A program made the position numbers and the translations under genes. A DNA stretch of 64,000 nucleotides from the NCBI GenBank assembly GCA_043812655.1, contig JBDRLW010000009.1, positions 120 to 64,119 on the forward strand. The letters run 5' to 3'. The notes under the pieces were generated by a model. The model was not told the DNA's origin. It saw only the letters and a list, made by a program, of their open reading frames with translations, and ran no database searches. Numbering within the stretch: position 1 is the stretch's first letter; the number at the start of each line of letters is the position of its first letter. Below, one piece after another: positions 31,575 to 40,753 of this stretch. The stretch comes from a bacterium (GTDB lineage Bacteria > Margulisbacteria > WOR-1 > O2-12-FULL-45-9 > XYB2-FULL-48-7).

Positions 31575-32639
31575 TTAATTTACTAGGGCGCTCCAATCAG
31601 CAGCAGTAGTCATCCCCGGGAAAAGGCCATTGATAGTAAAATCATAGCCCGCTGGACAACCATTCATGGCCCCATTTATATAAACCTTCAAATCGGCAAT
31701 TGGCGCGGTGTAAAACGCCTTTAAATTAACAACTATGCTCTTGGTTGAGGAAAGATCAATGGTCGTAGCCCCATTTTCAAGAGAATTTTTTATTTTCCCA
31801 ATATATGTTACCCAGGTGGTTTTTTCCGATGGGTTAGTATATTTAGGAATAAGGTCATCCGACTGATCATCGGTTTCAGCGTCAATATAGTTTAAACCGT
31901 CGATCCATTTGGCCATCATTCGGGCATATGCAACTCTGGCCGCTTCCATATTGACCGCGCCATCAGCCTTTAATTTGGCAAACCCCTCCTCACTTAATGG
32001 GTTGGTGGTCGTGTAATCCCAGCTGTAAGCGATCGCCTCATGCAATGCCGCTTTCAAAAAACTCCCCAGCATATCTAAAGCGTATATTTCGCCCAGATCC
32101 AACTCGCGATCCATGCCGGTTTTTGTCATACTGGCTTTTAAAATATATTTAAAATTTGGATCGGATTCTACTATTGCCAGCCGACCTAGAGCGATGTCAA
32201 GTTTTGGAATAAGGGTATTTTTTATATAAACCTGGACTTCCTCTGGCGTTATTTCTACCGTTGTCGCGGTTTGAATATACGATGAGAAATTTACCGCCTT
32301 AGCCCCAGATGATGTCGACATGAAGGAAAATAATTCATTAAGAGTAGACGGCGCATTCCCTCCTGCTTTTGCCACCAGAGTCCTTGTGCTATCATCCACC
32401 GCTACACCTAAAACACCAAGCATGGCCGCGCCAAAATTTGCCTCGGAATTTGTTGGATCAGCTGCTAAAGCTTCATTATAGGCTGTAGCCGCGCCGTCCA
32501 GATCTCCGCTCGACAACTTAGTGCTAGCGTCACTCAATTCTTTTGTGACATCAACTGGAGTATTTTTTCCACAACCAGACACAGAAACAATCAACAAAAC
32601 AACAAAAATCAGACTAAACAAATAACTACGTAATTTCAT
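31575..32639 (-). CDS. lipoprotein, helical (TPR-like N-terminus)
   Basis: Lipobox VSVSGC; GDLDGAATAYNEALAADPTNSEANFG resembles a TPR unit. Confidence 0.55.
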   Translation of the reverse strand: MKLRSYLFSLIFVVLLIVSVSGCGKNTPVDVTKELSDASTKLSSGDLDGAATAYNEALAADPTNSEANFGAAMLGVLGVAVDDSTRTLVAKAGGNAPSTLNELFSFMSTSSGAKAVNFSSYIQTATTVEITPEEVQVYIKNTLIPKLDIALGRLAIVESDPNFKYILKASMTKTGMDRELDLGEIYALDMLGSFLKAALHEAIAYSWDYTTTNPLSEEGFAKLKADGAVNMEAARVAYARMMAKWIDGLNYIDAETDDQSDDLIPKYTNPSEKTTWVTYIGKIKNSLENGATTIDLSSTKSIVVNLKAFYTAPIADLKVYINGAMNGCPAGYDFTINGLFPGMTTAADWSALVN

Positions 32640-32702
32640 TTTTATCCTCCTTATTTATGACATAACAAGAAACATATATTTAATCAGGTCCACCTCCTTT
32701 AT

Positions 32703-33419
32703 TTAATTGCCTTTTTTCAATTCTCTACTCGCCTCTGAAGTCACTTGTTTTGATTCGACTTCAGTAGTAGTTGGCACAACGACGTGCAGTGTTACAGGCT
32801 GGCTCTTAATAAAGTCTTCTTTGTCTGCCACATATTCATCATAAGCCTTTTCAATGTCAGACTTCATGATATATGACATTGCTCCTAATCCGGCATAAAG
32901 CAAGCCAACGCCACTACTGGCAGATAATAATCCAACACCTACCAAAATGCCTGAGGCGATTGTTCTCCCTTGCTGAGCCTCTTCCGCTCCTTGTTTTAAT
33001 GATTTTTCGGAAAAAGCTTCACGAGCCCCTCGTTCATCAATATTTGATGATGCCATCTGTCTTATCTTATTGTAATTGTTTTCAAGTTCTGTCGGAAATA
33101 AATAACTCCTAATCCCTATTATGGTCATGCCCGCACCCAGACCATAAAACATCGATGAAGTATTAGAACCGGACGAACTATTTGAAAAAGACGACCCCAT
33201 TGAAACATAAAGCAACCCCAAGCCAACCCCATACATAGCGCTTTGCATCCTCGCCTCTTCGGCTTTCTTTGCAAAATCCTTCAGACGACTTTCCGCAGAA
33301 ACAAACGTTTTCTGTGCCGGCACAACAATATAATTATTTTCTGCTATACTCACAGAAGTAATCGCCATCGTGAAAGATACAACTAAAAAACAAGCAACAA
33401 TTTTCTTTATCATTTTCAT
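32703..33419 (-). CDS. secreted/membrane protein with Gly-rich hydrophobic segments
   Basis: Start chosen at MKMIKKIVACFLVV, with AAGGAGG just upstream; an ATG 6 nt further in is equally possible. The track ORF begins at 33458 and would overlap the upstream gene. Confidence 0.5.
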   Translation of the reverse strand: MKMIKKIVACFLVVSFTMAITSVSIAENNYIVVPAQKTFVSAESRLKDFAKKAEEARMQSAMYGVGLGLLYVSMGSSFSNSSSGSNTSSMFYGLGAGMTIIGIRSYLFPTELENNYNKIRQMASSNIDERGAREAFSEKSLKQGAEEAQQGRTIASGILVGVGLLSASSGVGLLYAGLGAMSYIMKSDIEKAYDEYVADKEDFIKSQPVTLHVVVPTTTEVESKQVTSEASRELKKGN

Positions 33420-33426
33420 CTCCTCC

Positions 33427-34029
33427 TTAAAAATTCTTCGATTGTAAAACTGATTCAATTGTTGATGTGCTTGAGTTCGTTTTCACGATCCCGACATTAT
33501 CGCCAAGCCAGACATTGCTCGATGTTTCAATCGTCCCATATTTAGTAATCATAGATATTTTGTAACAATCAAATGTTCCCGCTGGCACAGTCACATTCTC
33601 TTTTGCCGTGACCATGATTTTATATGAATTCGCCCCAGAAGTTGTTTCCATCCAGGTTTTTCCAACTTCCAATGGAAACGCAAACATTTGCATACCGGTA
33701 GAATAATAATTGCTGGGCGACCCATGATAATAAACCCCCGTGCCATCAACCCTGTAATATGCGTCTGAAGTCATAGTCGAGTTAGAAGTTGACATATACT
33801 TTGAAGAAATCTTTTGAACTGTGATAGAACCAATTGAAGTTGAGCCCTCTACCGACGTAATTTGGGTATATCCATCATTGCTAGAATAGGTCCAAGTATA
33901 CCCTTGGTTACAAGGGAAATAGCTTACCCCTCCACCACTACTCTGCGTCTGCAAAACCGAACACCCAGAAACAACCAACATGAACATAACAAGACTTAAA
34001 GAAACCAACACCATTTTATTATTTAACAT
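33427..34029 (-). CDS. lipoprotein (unknown function)
   Basis: Signal peptide plus lipobox LVVSGC, with AGGAGGAAG upstream of the ATG. First gene of the four-gene operon. Confidence 0.6.
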   Translation of the reverse strand: MLNNKMVLVSLSLVMFMLVVSGCSVLQTQSSGGGVSYFPCNQGYTWTYSSNDGYTQITSVEGSTSIGSITVQKISSKYMSTSNSTMTSDAYYRVDGTGVYYHGSPSNYYSTGMQMFAFPLEVGKTWMETTSGANSYKIMVTAKENVTVPAGTFDCYKISMITKYGTIETSSNVWLGDNVGIVKTNSSTSTIESVLQSKNF

Positions 34030-34269
34030 TTTCTTCCTCCTTTTTATTTTATCGTTTAAACTTTGTAGCTGATAATTAGCTCTTTACCTCCTTTTATTCA
34101 TTTAAATTAATGTAAGCAATCCCATTGCCACCTAGTTCAACCAACAATTTGGCGCGTTTTCGCCAAAAGGCAATAAAAAAACGGTTCCTCGATCCCTCGA
34201 TGGTTCGACAAGCTCACCACTCGGGACTCGGAACCGTTAATGCCTTAGTGTATAGCTAATATTTATTAG

Positions 34270-34563
34270 CTATGCCAAATTACCCGCAAACACGAACTGC
34301 GGGTAAAAGCGCGCACCAACAATGTATCTATTCTTTACCAATAACCTTTCTATTTCTATAAGTTCTCGAATGTGGCCTGGAACCTTAATGCCGGCTTTTT
34401 TCAGCCAGAAAATTGATTTATAGGAAGCTTCCGCGATTTTATCGCCGGCAGTTTTTCTGGTCGCGAGAATATAATATAGCAAGGCTAACTCAAAAGCGGT
34501 TGAGGTTTCTTTGGTCAGCAGGTAGCTGACTTTTAAGGCTTTTATTTTATCCCCGAGTTTCAT
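34270..34563 (-). CDS. hypothetical small protein
   Basis: 97-aa ORF only; no motif recognised. Confidence 0.3.
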   Translation of the reverse strand: MKLGDKIKALKVSYLLTKETSTAFELALLYYILATRKTAGDKIAEASYKSIFWLKKAGIKVPGHIRELIEIERLLVKNRYIVGARFYPQFVFAGNLA

Positions 34564-34677
34564 TCTATAAATATATCGTCACGTTTTGTAAATAATTTCA
34601 CTTTTTTACAAAGCAAGTGCCGCTAGGCTCGGGGTATCAAGACTGCCGGCAGGCACGCTAAAGAGGTTAATTAGCTG

Positions 34678-35427
34678 TTATTCTATCTTAAATTCTTTAT
34701 CGGAAAGGCCGCTATTAACTTTAATATTGCTAAATTCCATCGCCACATCCATCCGCCCCATTGGGGTGTTGATAACAGAATTGTTGCTGCATGGGACCCA
34801 GGAACCGCTAACCTTCTGGTATTTAATGTTTGATTGGCTGATCAACTTCCCTTTAAGGTCATACATATTGACCTTGGTCGGCACCCATTGGTTGCTGTCA
34901 ACATAAAATTCCATTTTCCCCAAAAATTTATTTTTTTTCTTCGGCACTCCGGTAACAATATAATCATCACCGTCTTTCTTGAGCGAAAGGTTAAAGAACT
35001 CCTTAGCTTTATCAAGGCTCATTTTCCCCGGATCAGCTGCCCCTTGCCCTCTCATTTTTTTCAGATCTTGGATCATTTTCTGCCCGGTGTCGGAATTAAT
35101 GATCGCCATCTTGTCGCCATTGGTGATGGTAACCTGCTTCATCGGCGAACTGATCTCGATCTTTGATTTATCTTCACCCTTCGTCCACATTTTCCCCCTC
35201 TGCTCTATTTTTTGGGGGCCTTTTGATTGCTGGCCGGGCATTGACATATTTGAAAAGATAACGGTCTTGGTTTCGGCATACATATCTTTGATCTGCTGCT
35301 GGTTGCCCTGGAGTTTACCGATCACCTCATCAAGCGACAGGCCCGCCGCGGCGGGAAGATCAGCAGCAAAGGCAGTGCAACTAACGACTAACGACAAAAT
35401 ACTAACAACAAATAACTTTTTTAGCAT
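34678..35427 (-). CDS. periplasmic LolA-like / outer-membrane lipoprotein-sorting-like protein
   Basis: Signal peptide MLKKLFVVSILSLVVSCTAFA, size and beta-rich pattern; AAGGAGG RBS. The signal-peptide core is encoded by the heptamer array at 35380-35414. Confidence 0.5.
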   Translation of the reverse strand: MLKKLFVVSILSLVVSCTAFAADLPAAAGLSLDEVIGKLQGNQQQIKDMYAETKTVIFSNMSMPGQQSKGPQKIEQRGKMWTKGEDKSKIEISSPMKQVTITNGDKMAIINSDTGQKMIQDLKKMRGQGAADPGKMSLDKAKEFFNLSLKKDGDDYIVTGVPKKKNKFLGKMEFYVDSNQWVPTKVNMYDLKGKLISQSNIKYQKVSGSWVPCSNNSVINTPMGRMDVAMEFSNIKVNSGLSDKEFKIE

Positions 35428-35494
35428 GAGGTCCTCCTTGGGGTATCAATAAAATTATAACATAGGCGAAGCCTTTTGCAACCAACCTACCCTT

Positions 35495-36967
35495 ATGGTA
35501 AAATTATCTTGGATGGAAAATTTAAGGCGATATTTGGCCGGTTTCGTCGGTAAAAAGGTCCTGGTCTACGGCGACCTGATGCTCGATGAGCATATCTGGA
35601 GCCGCGTCTCCCGTATCTCGCCCGAAGCCCCCGTCCCGATCGCTGAAGTCATTAAAACCACCCACGTCCCCGGCGGCTGCGGCAATGTCGCGGCCAACAT
35701 CGCGGCCATGGAGGGGATCCCCTGCCTCATCGGCATCATCGGCCAAGACAGCTCGGGAGAAAAGTTGCTGACTGCCCTAAAAAAACAGAATATCGCTGTT
35801 AATTATTTGATCAAAGACGCTGGCCGGCCAACGATATTAAAATCACGGATCATCGCCAGTTCACAGCAGGTCGTCCGAGTCGACCGGGAAGACCGGACGA
35901 TCATCAGTTCTGCCCTGGCTAAAAAGATCATTAGACGACTGGAAGAAACCGTCCCTAAAGTCGATGCCGTAATAATTTCCGATTACGAAAAAGGCGCCGT
36001 CTCCAAAGAGATCTGCCAAGCCTTGATCAAACTCGCCCATAAACACCGCAAACCGATCGCGGTCGATCCCAAAGGGTTCGATTACACAAAATACCGCGGC
36101 GCCGGGATCATCACCCCCAATTTAAAAGAAGCCGCTATTGCCTCAAGAACAGTTATTACCGATGAAAAAAGCTTGAACCGAGCAGGGCAAGCTTTGAGGG
36201 CTCAAGTTAAAACCGAATATGTCCTGATTACCAGGGGCAAAGAAGGAATAACTTTATTTGGCAACAGGTCAGAAGCTTATATCCCCGCTATTCCGCGCGA
36301 AGTTTTTGACGTTACCGGCGCTGGCGATGCCGTCATCGCCGCTTTAAGCTTGGCGACAGCGGCAGGAGCAAAAATGAAAGAAGCCGCTACCATCGCCAAC
36401 TATGCCGGTTCGATCGTCGTCGGTAAGATCGGGACCGCCACCTGCAGCCGGGAAGAGCTGGAACTTTCTCTCGAAGGCCGCGAACCGGTCGCCAGGAAAA
36501 TAAAGTTAAGATCAGAGATCGGTCCCATCGCTAAACAACTTAAGAACGAAGGAGCAAGGATCATCTTTACTAACGGTTGCTTTGACCTCCTCCATCTTGG
36601 CCATGTCCGGTATTTGCGCGAAGCTAAAAAGCTGGGCGATATTTTGATCATTGGCGTAAATAGCGACACTTCAGTCACGGCGTTAAAAGGCAAACCCCGC
36701 CCCTATGTTTCCGAACTGGAACGGGCAGAGATATTGGCCTCGCTGGAATGCGTCAACTATGTCGTCTTGTTTTCTGAATTGCGGCCCGACAACTTGATCA
36801 AAACTATCCAACCCCATATCCATGTTAAGGGGGGCGATTATAAAGTGGGTAACCTTCCCGAAAAAAAACTAGTTGAATCTCTGGGCGGCAAAGTTATCGT
36901 CATCCCCCCCATCGAGGGAAGATCGACCACAAATATAGTTGCTAAAATATTGGGAGGAACAAAATGA
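35495..36967 (+). CDS. hldE: bifunctional D-beta-D-heptose 7-phosphate kinase / D-beta-D-heptose 1-phosphate adenylyltransferase
   Basis: N-terminal PfkB kinase motifs (GGCGNVAANIAA, TGAGDAVIAAL) plus a C-terminal cytidylyltransferase (FTNGCFDLLHLGHVRYL). Confidence 0.9.
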   Translation: MVKLSWMENLRRYLAGFVGKKVLVYGDLMLDEHIWSRVSRISPEAPVPIAEVIKTTHVPGGCGNVAANIAAMEGIPCLIGIIGQDSSGEKLLTALKKQNIAVNYLIKDAGRPTILKSRIIASSQQVVRVDREDRTIISSALAKKIIRRLEETVPKVDAVIISDYEKGAVSKEICQALIKLAHKHRKPIAVDPKGFDYTKYRGAGIITPNLKEAAIASRTVITDEKSLNRAGQALRAQVKTEYVLITRGKEGITLFGNRSEAYIPAIPREVFDVTGAGDAVIAALSLATAAGAKMKEAATIANYAGSIVVGKIGTATCSREELELSLEGREPVARKIKLRSEIGPIAKQLKNEGARIIFTNGCFDLLHLGHVRYLREAKKLGDILIIGVNSDTSVTALKGKPRPYVSELERAEILASLECVNYVVLFSELRPDNLIKTIQPHIHVKGGDYKVGNLPEKKLVESLGGKVIVIPPIEGRSTTNIVAKILGGTK

Positions 36968-37632
36968 TCAAGCACCAAATCACAAATAACAAACAATACC
37001 AAAGCTTCAAACATAAATATTTAAATTTTTTCCTATTTTTTGGTATTGTTTGGTGCTTGGTATTTGGAGCTTGGTGCTTGCCTTCCAGTGCGTGGCGCAT
37101 CACCCCTGAACTGCGAAAAGAGCTAGAGGCGAAACAAAAAGCGGTTAAACTGGCGCCAAATGATCCCAATGCCCGGTTCGATCTTGCCATTACGATGGCT
37201 TATACCAATAATATCCAAGACGGCTGGAACAACCTGAAAAAAACAGTTGAACTAGACCCTGATTACCGAAAAAAGGGCTTAGATGAATACATAAAAAAAG
37301 TTAACGCGGATCCCAGCGACTGGCGGCTTAGGTTCCGCCTGGCTTTTGCCTATTATTTTAACGAACGGAAAAAAGAAGCGATCAGGGAACTTGATAATGT
37401 CCTTATTATCGATCCTTATAACGTCTGGGCGTTTGGCTACATCGCTTTGATCTACGGCGAAATGGGCGAAACTGACATCGCCATGGATTACACTAAGAGA
37501 GGATTGGCGATCGACAGCAACGTTGCTGCCCTCCACCTCCTGCTCGGAGAAGGCTACAACCGTAAAGGCAATAAATGGAAAGGCTTTGCCGAGATCATGG
37601 AAGCCCTCCGCCTTAAAGCTTTAGGTTACTAA
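36964..37632 (+). CDS. TPR repeat protein
   Basis: TPR-like units (NDPNARFDLAITMAY..., DPYNVWAFGYIALIYGEMGE..., VAALHLLLGEGY). The first ~40 codons are encoded by the inverted heptamer arms at 36969-37082, so the start is uncertain. Confidence 0.65.
   Translation: MIKHQITNNKQYQSFKHKYLNFFLFFGIVWCLVFGAWCLPSSAWRITPELRKELEAKQKAVKLAPNDPNARFDLAITMAYTNNIQDGWNNLKKTVELDPDYRKKGLDEYIKKVNADPSDWRLRFRLAFAYYFNERKKEAIRELDNVLIIDPYNVWAFGYIALIYGEMGETDIAMDYTKRGLAIDSNVAALHLLLGEGYNRKGNKWKGFAEIMEALRLKALGY
36969..37082. repeat. inverted arms of heptamer words around a 43-nt AT-rich spacer
   Basis: Arm 1 is caagcaccaaatcacaaataacaaacaatacc (36969-37000). The reverse complement of arm 2 (37044-37082) is caagcaccaagctccaaataccaagcaccaaacaatacc. 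Confidence 0.8.
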
Positions 37633-38538
37633 ATGAAACCAGCTAAGCTGATCATCCTAATTGCCGTTACCCTGGCTTTTGTCTCGATATTTTACTGGGC
37701 CCTCTTTGTCCCCAAGGAAGATATCTCAACCCGGATCTACCGGACCTTAAAAGAACAGGAAACCCGGGCCGATCTCGGGTTTAAGAAAGTAACTTTTGAA
37801 GAAGTCTTAGCCGGGCAAAAGTTCTGGCAGCTTCAGGCTGAAACAGCCATTGTCAATAAAGATACCGGCCTGGCTTCGCTCCAAACAACTAAAGGGACTT
37901 TCTATAAAAATGGCAAAGCTTCATTAAATTTTATCTCTCCCGCCGCCCTTTGGGATATGAAGAAAAAAGAAATATTTCTCGACAAACCGCTAGGCTACGA
38001 TTCAGCTTATAAAAATATCATCCATACCCTTCCCCGGGCCTCAAATGTTTCAACCTTTACTTTTCCCAAAGATAAGCCGGGTTACTGGTTCCAAGCCAAA
38101 AATTTAAGCTGGAAACTGGCTGACCAGCTGATCACTTGCGCCGGCGGGATCGTCCTTAATAAAGGCGAGGTCTCTGGCCGGGCTGATTCGCTCAAAGGCG
38201 ACGTTGAGTTTAAAAAAGTTGAGCTGTTTGGCAACCCGCGGATACTTGTTACTTTGGCAGATAAGTCGCTGATCACCATCGAAGCCAGAAGCGTTGAGTT
38301 TTACAGCCGCGAAAACCAATTTAAGCTGAACAACAACGTTAAAATTACCGGTTCAACTTTTACCGCCAAGGGTGATAATGCCGTTTACTTGATAAAAGAT
38401 GAAAGCATAGTTATAATCGGTAACGCCCGGGGAACCCAAGGGGACAGCACCCTCTCCAGCAAAAAGATCAAAGTTTCGATCAAAGACCAGAAGCTTGAGC
38501 TGTTAGGGAAAAGTAAAGTATTGGTGAATGAATTATGA
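37633..38538 (+). CDS. LptC/LptA (OstA)-family LPS transport protein
   Basis: N-terminal TM anchor followed by beta-jellyroll-like repeats (WQLQAETAIVNKDTG..., ITGSTFTAKGDNAVY...). Lies next to LPS-heptose genes. Confidence 0.55.
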   Translation: MKPAKLIILIAVTLAFVSIFYWALFVPKEDISTRIYRTLKEQETRADLGFKKVTFEEVLAGQKFWQLQAETAIVNKDTGLASLQTTKGTFYKNGKASLNFISPAALWDMKKKEIFLDKPLGYDSAYKNIIHTLPRASNVSTFTFPKDKPGYWFQAKNLSWKLADQLITCAGGIVLNKGEVSGRADSLKGDVEFKKVELFGNPRILVTLADKSLITIEARSVEFYSRENQFKLNNNVKITGSTFTAKGDNAVYLIKDESIVIIGNARGTQGDSTLSSKKIKVSIKDQKLELLGKSKVLVNEL

Positions 38539-39494
38539 GTTTAAACTTGGCCACTAAACCAAAAGTCAAGACCATGATCGTCCAAGACAAAGAAAAATAT
38601 GATGTCATCATTATTGGCGGCGGTCCAGCCGGCCTCTCAGCCGCGATCTACTCCTTAAGAAGCGCCTTAAAAACGATCCTTATTGAAAAAATGGTCATTG
38701 GCGGCACCGCTTCAACCGCCTATCAGATAGAAAATTATCCGGGGATCAAAGCGATCTCTGGGCTGGAGCTCGGCCAAAAAATGGAGAACCAAGCCAAGGA
38801 GCTTGGGCTGGAAGTCTTATGGGGCGATGTAACCGCCATTAAAAAAGGCTTTGAAGTAGTGGTGGGACAAAAAACTTTAAAAGCCAAGACCGTGATCATC
38901 GCCGCGGGAACGCAAACCGCCAAACTCGATGTCCCGGGGGAAGAAAAACTTAGGGGCCGCGGCGTTTCCTACTGCGCCACCTGCGACGGTCCTTTCTATC
39001 AAGGCAAAAATATTTTTGTGGTCGGCGGCGGCAACTCGGCAATAGAAGAAGCCCTCTTTCTAACCCGGTTCGCGGCTAAAGTTTCGATCGTCCATCGGAG
39101 AGATAAACTCCGGGCTGATAAAATATTAGCTGACCGGGCCAATAAAAACCCCAAGCTCTATTTTTTTTGGCACTCAACCCTTAATGAAATTATCGGCCAA
39201 GATAAAGTTACCGAAGTTGTCTTAACCGACCTTATCTCGAAAAAGAAATTACGCGTCCCGGCTGACGGCGTCTTTATATATGTAGGCAGTAAACCCAACA
39301 GCGAGATCGCCAAGGGCTTGGTCGCGGCCGATGATAAAGGTTTTATCTTAACTGACGACAAAATGGCGACCCTCACCCCCGGGCTTTTTGCCGCCGGCGA
39401 TGTCCGGGCTAAAACTCTTCGCCAGATAGTGACAGCAGCCGCTGACGGCGCCCTGGCGGCAGACTCTGCCAGGGATTTCATTGAAAACGCTTGA
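38535..39494 (+). CDS. trxB: thioredoxin-disulfide reductase
   Basis: YDVIIIGGGPAGLSAAIY, the redox-active CATCDG, VVGGGNSAIEEALFL and FAAGDV. Confidence 0.9.
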   Translation: MSLNLATKPKVKTMIVQDKEKYDVIIIGGGPAGLSAAIYSLRSALKTILIEKMVIGGTASTAYQIENYPGIKAISGLELGQKMENQAKELGLEVLWGDVTAIKKGFEVVVGQKTLKAKTVIIAAGTQTAKLDVPGEEKLRGRGVSYCATCDGPFYQGKNIFVVGGGNSAIEEALFLTRFAAKVSIVHRRDKLRADKILADRANKNPKLYFFWHSTLNEIIGQDKVTEVVLTDLISKKKLRVPADGVFIYVGSKPNSEIAKGLVAADDKGFILTDDKMATLTPGLFAAGDVRAKTLRQIVTAAADGALAADSARDFIENA

Positions 39495-39508
39495 CTAGAG
39501 GCGTATAA

Positions 39509-40006
39509 TTGGCCAAGGAAATGAAAAAATATAGTTTATCAGTTGGTTTGTTGGTTAGTTTGTTAGTAGGAATGACGCTGGGCGCCTTTGCTGAAACATG
39601 CGAACCAAGGATCGGGTCCACTCCCCCACTATTTGAATTAAATAACCTCGACGGTAAAACTATAAAGCTTAGGGATTATCTTGGCGAAAAACCGCTGATC
39701 ATCACCTTTATCGCCAGTTGGAGCAAACCTTGCCAAGCTATTTTGGCTGATCTGCAAGCTCTTTACCCTCACGCCAATGTCCTAGCTATCTCGCTTGATA
39801 AAAAATCTAAAGACCTCAAGTCTTACCTGGAAAACAACAAATTATCTTTCCCTGTTTTAGTCGATAAAAAGCTTTCCCTTCTTGATAAATACCAGATCTT
39901 GATCATCCCCTCAACTTTCTGCGTTAATTCCAAGGGCATAATTGAAAAGATCTTTATTGATCATGATGAGAATACCGGTAAAGAGCTTGGAGCCTGGCTA
40001 AACTAA
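39509..40006 (+). CDS. TlpA/redoxin-like periplasmic thioredoxin-fold protein with an SxxC motif
   Basis: PLIITFIASWSKPCQAIL sits where WCxPC is expected. TTG start at 39509 or ATG at 39521. The signal-peptide core is encoded by the heptamer array at 39542-39570. Confidence 0.65.
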   Translation: MAKEMKKYSLSVGLLVSLLVGMTLGAFAETCEPRIGSTPPLFELNNLDGKTIKLRDYLGEKPLIITFIASWSKPCQAILADLQALYPHANVLAISLDKKSKDLKSYLENNKLSFPVLVDKKLSLLDKYQILIIPSTFCVNSKGIIEKIFIDHDENTGKELGAWLN

Positions 40007-40752
40007 TCCGCTAAATTAAACTCAACCACCGCGATCACGAACATCAAGCAGGTAAAACCTAAAACCACCGCGATATCAAGCCAGGGATTCATCGCACTAA
40101 ACCCAAGCATCACCCGGCGAAGTAGATCGACACCATAGGTTAGAGGATCAAGGTGGGTCAGGAAAGTTAACCAGGGAGGAAGACGGTCGAGCGGGAAAAG
40201 CGCGCCGGAAAGGAAGAAGATCGGCATGATCACAAAGTTGACGACCATTTGAAACCCTTCCATCTCTTTCATCCGGGCGGCGATCACGATGCCCAGCCCG
40301 GTAATGGCAAAAGCAATTAAAAACATTACGAAGACCGATTGGATCACTATTAATAAAGAAAGTTTTACCCCAACCATTGGCGCCAGCAGCAGCATTAAAC
40401 ACCCTTGCAACACCGCGACCGTTGAGCCGCCAAAAGCTTTGCCAACCACGATCGCCCAACGGGAAACCGGCGCCACCAAGACTTCTTTGAGAAAACCAAA
40501 TTCACGGTCCCAAACGATCGAGATCGCCGAGAAGATCGAAGTAAAAAGAACGGTCATGGCAATAATTCCCGGGAATATAAATTCTGAAAAATTAAGCCCC
40601 TTCGGCCCTTTAAAAGCCGGGGAAAGGGCCGTGCCCAGGACAAATAAAAATAGTATCGGCTGCCCTAAAGAAGCAAATATCCTAGGTTTGTCATACCAGT
40701 AGCGCTTTAGATCCCTAAGCCATAAAATATAGATCGCCCAAAGATCTCCCAT
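40003..40752 (-). CDS. ABC-2 type transporter permease
   Basis: 249 aa, six hydrophobic helices, immediately downstream of the ATPase. Confidence 0.8.
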   Translation of the reverse strand: MGDLWAIYILWLRDLKRYWYDKPRIFASLGQPILFLFVLGTALSPAFKGPKGLNFSEFIFPGIIAMTVLFTSIFSAISIVWDREFGFLKEVLVAPVSRWAIVVGKAFGGSTVAVLQGCLMLLLAPMVGVKLSLLIVIQSVFVMFLIAFAITGLGIVIAARMKEMEGFQMVVNFVIMPIFFLSGALFPLDRLPPWLTFLTHLDPLTYGVDLLRRVMLGFSAMNPWLDIAVVLGFTCLMFVIAVVEFNLAD

Positions 40753-40753
40753 A

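Noticed and set aside
34030-34269. A small leader ORF or riboswitch upstream of the envelope operon (a second AAGGAGG-like site at about 34075-34085)
   Set aside because: No start codon follows the putative RBS at a usable distance. The long imperfect hairpin (aacggttcc...ggaaccgtt, about 34188-34246) looks like another member of the palindromic word families, not a recognisable riboswitch.
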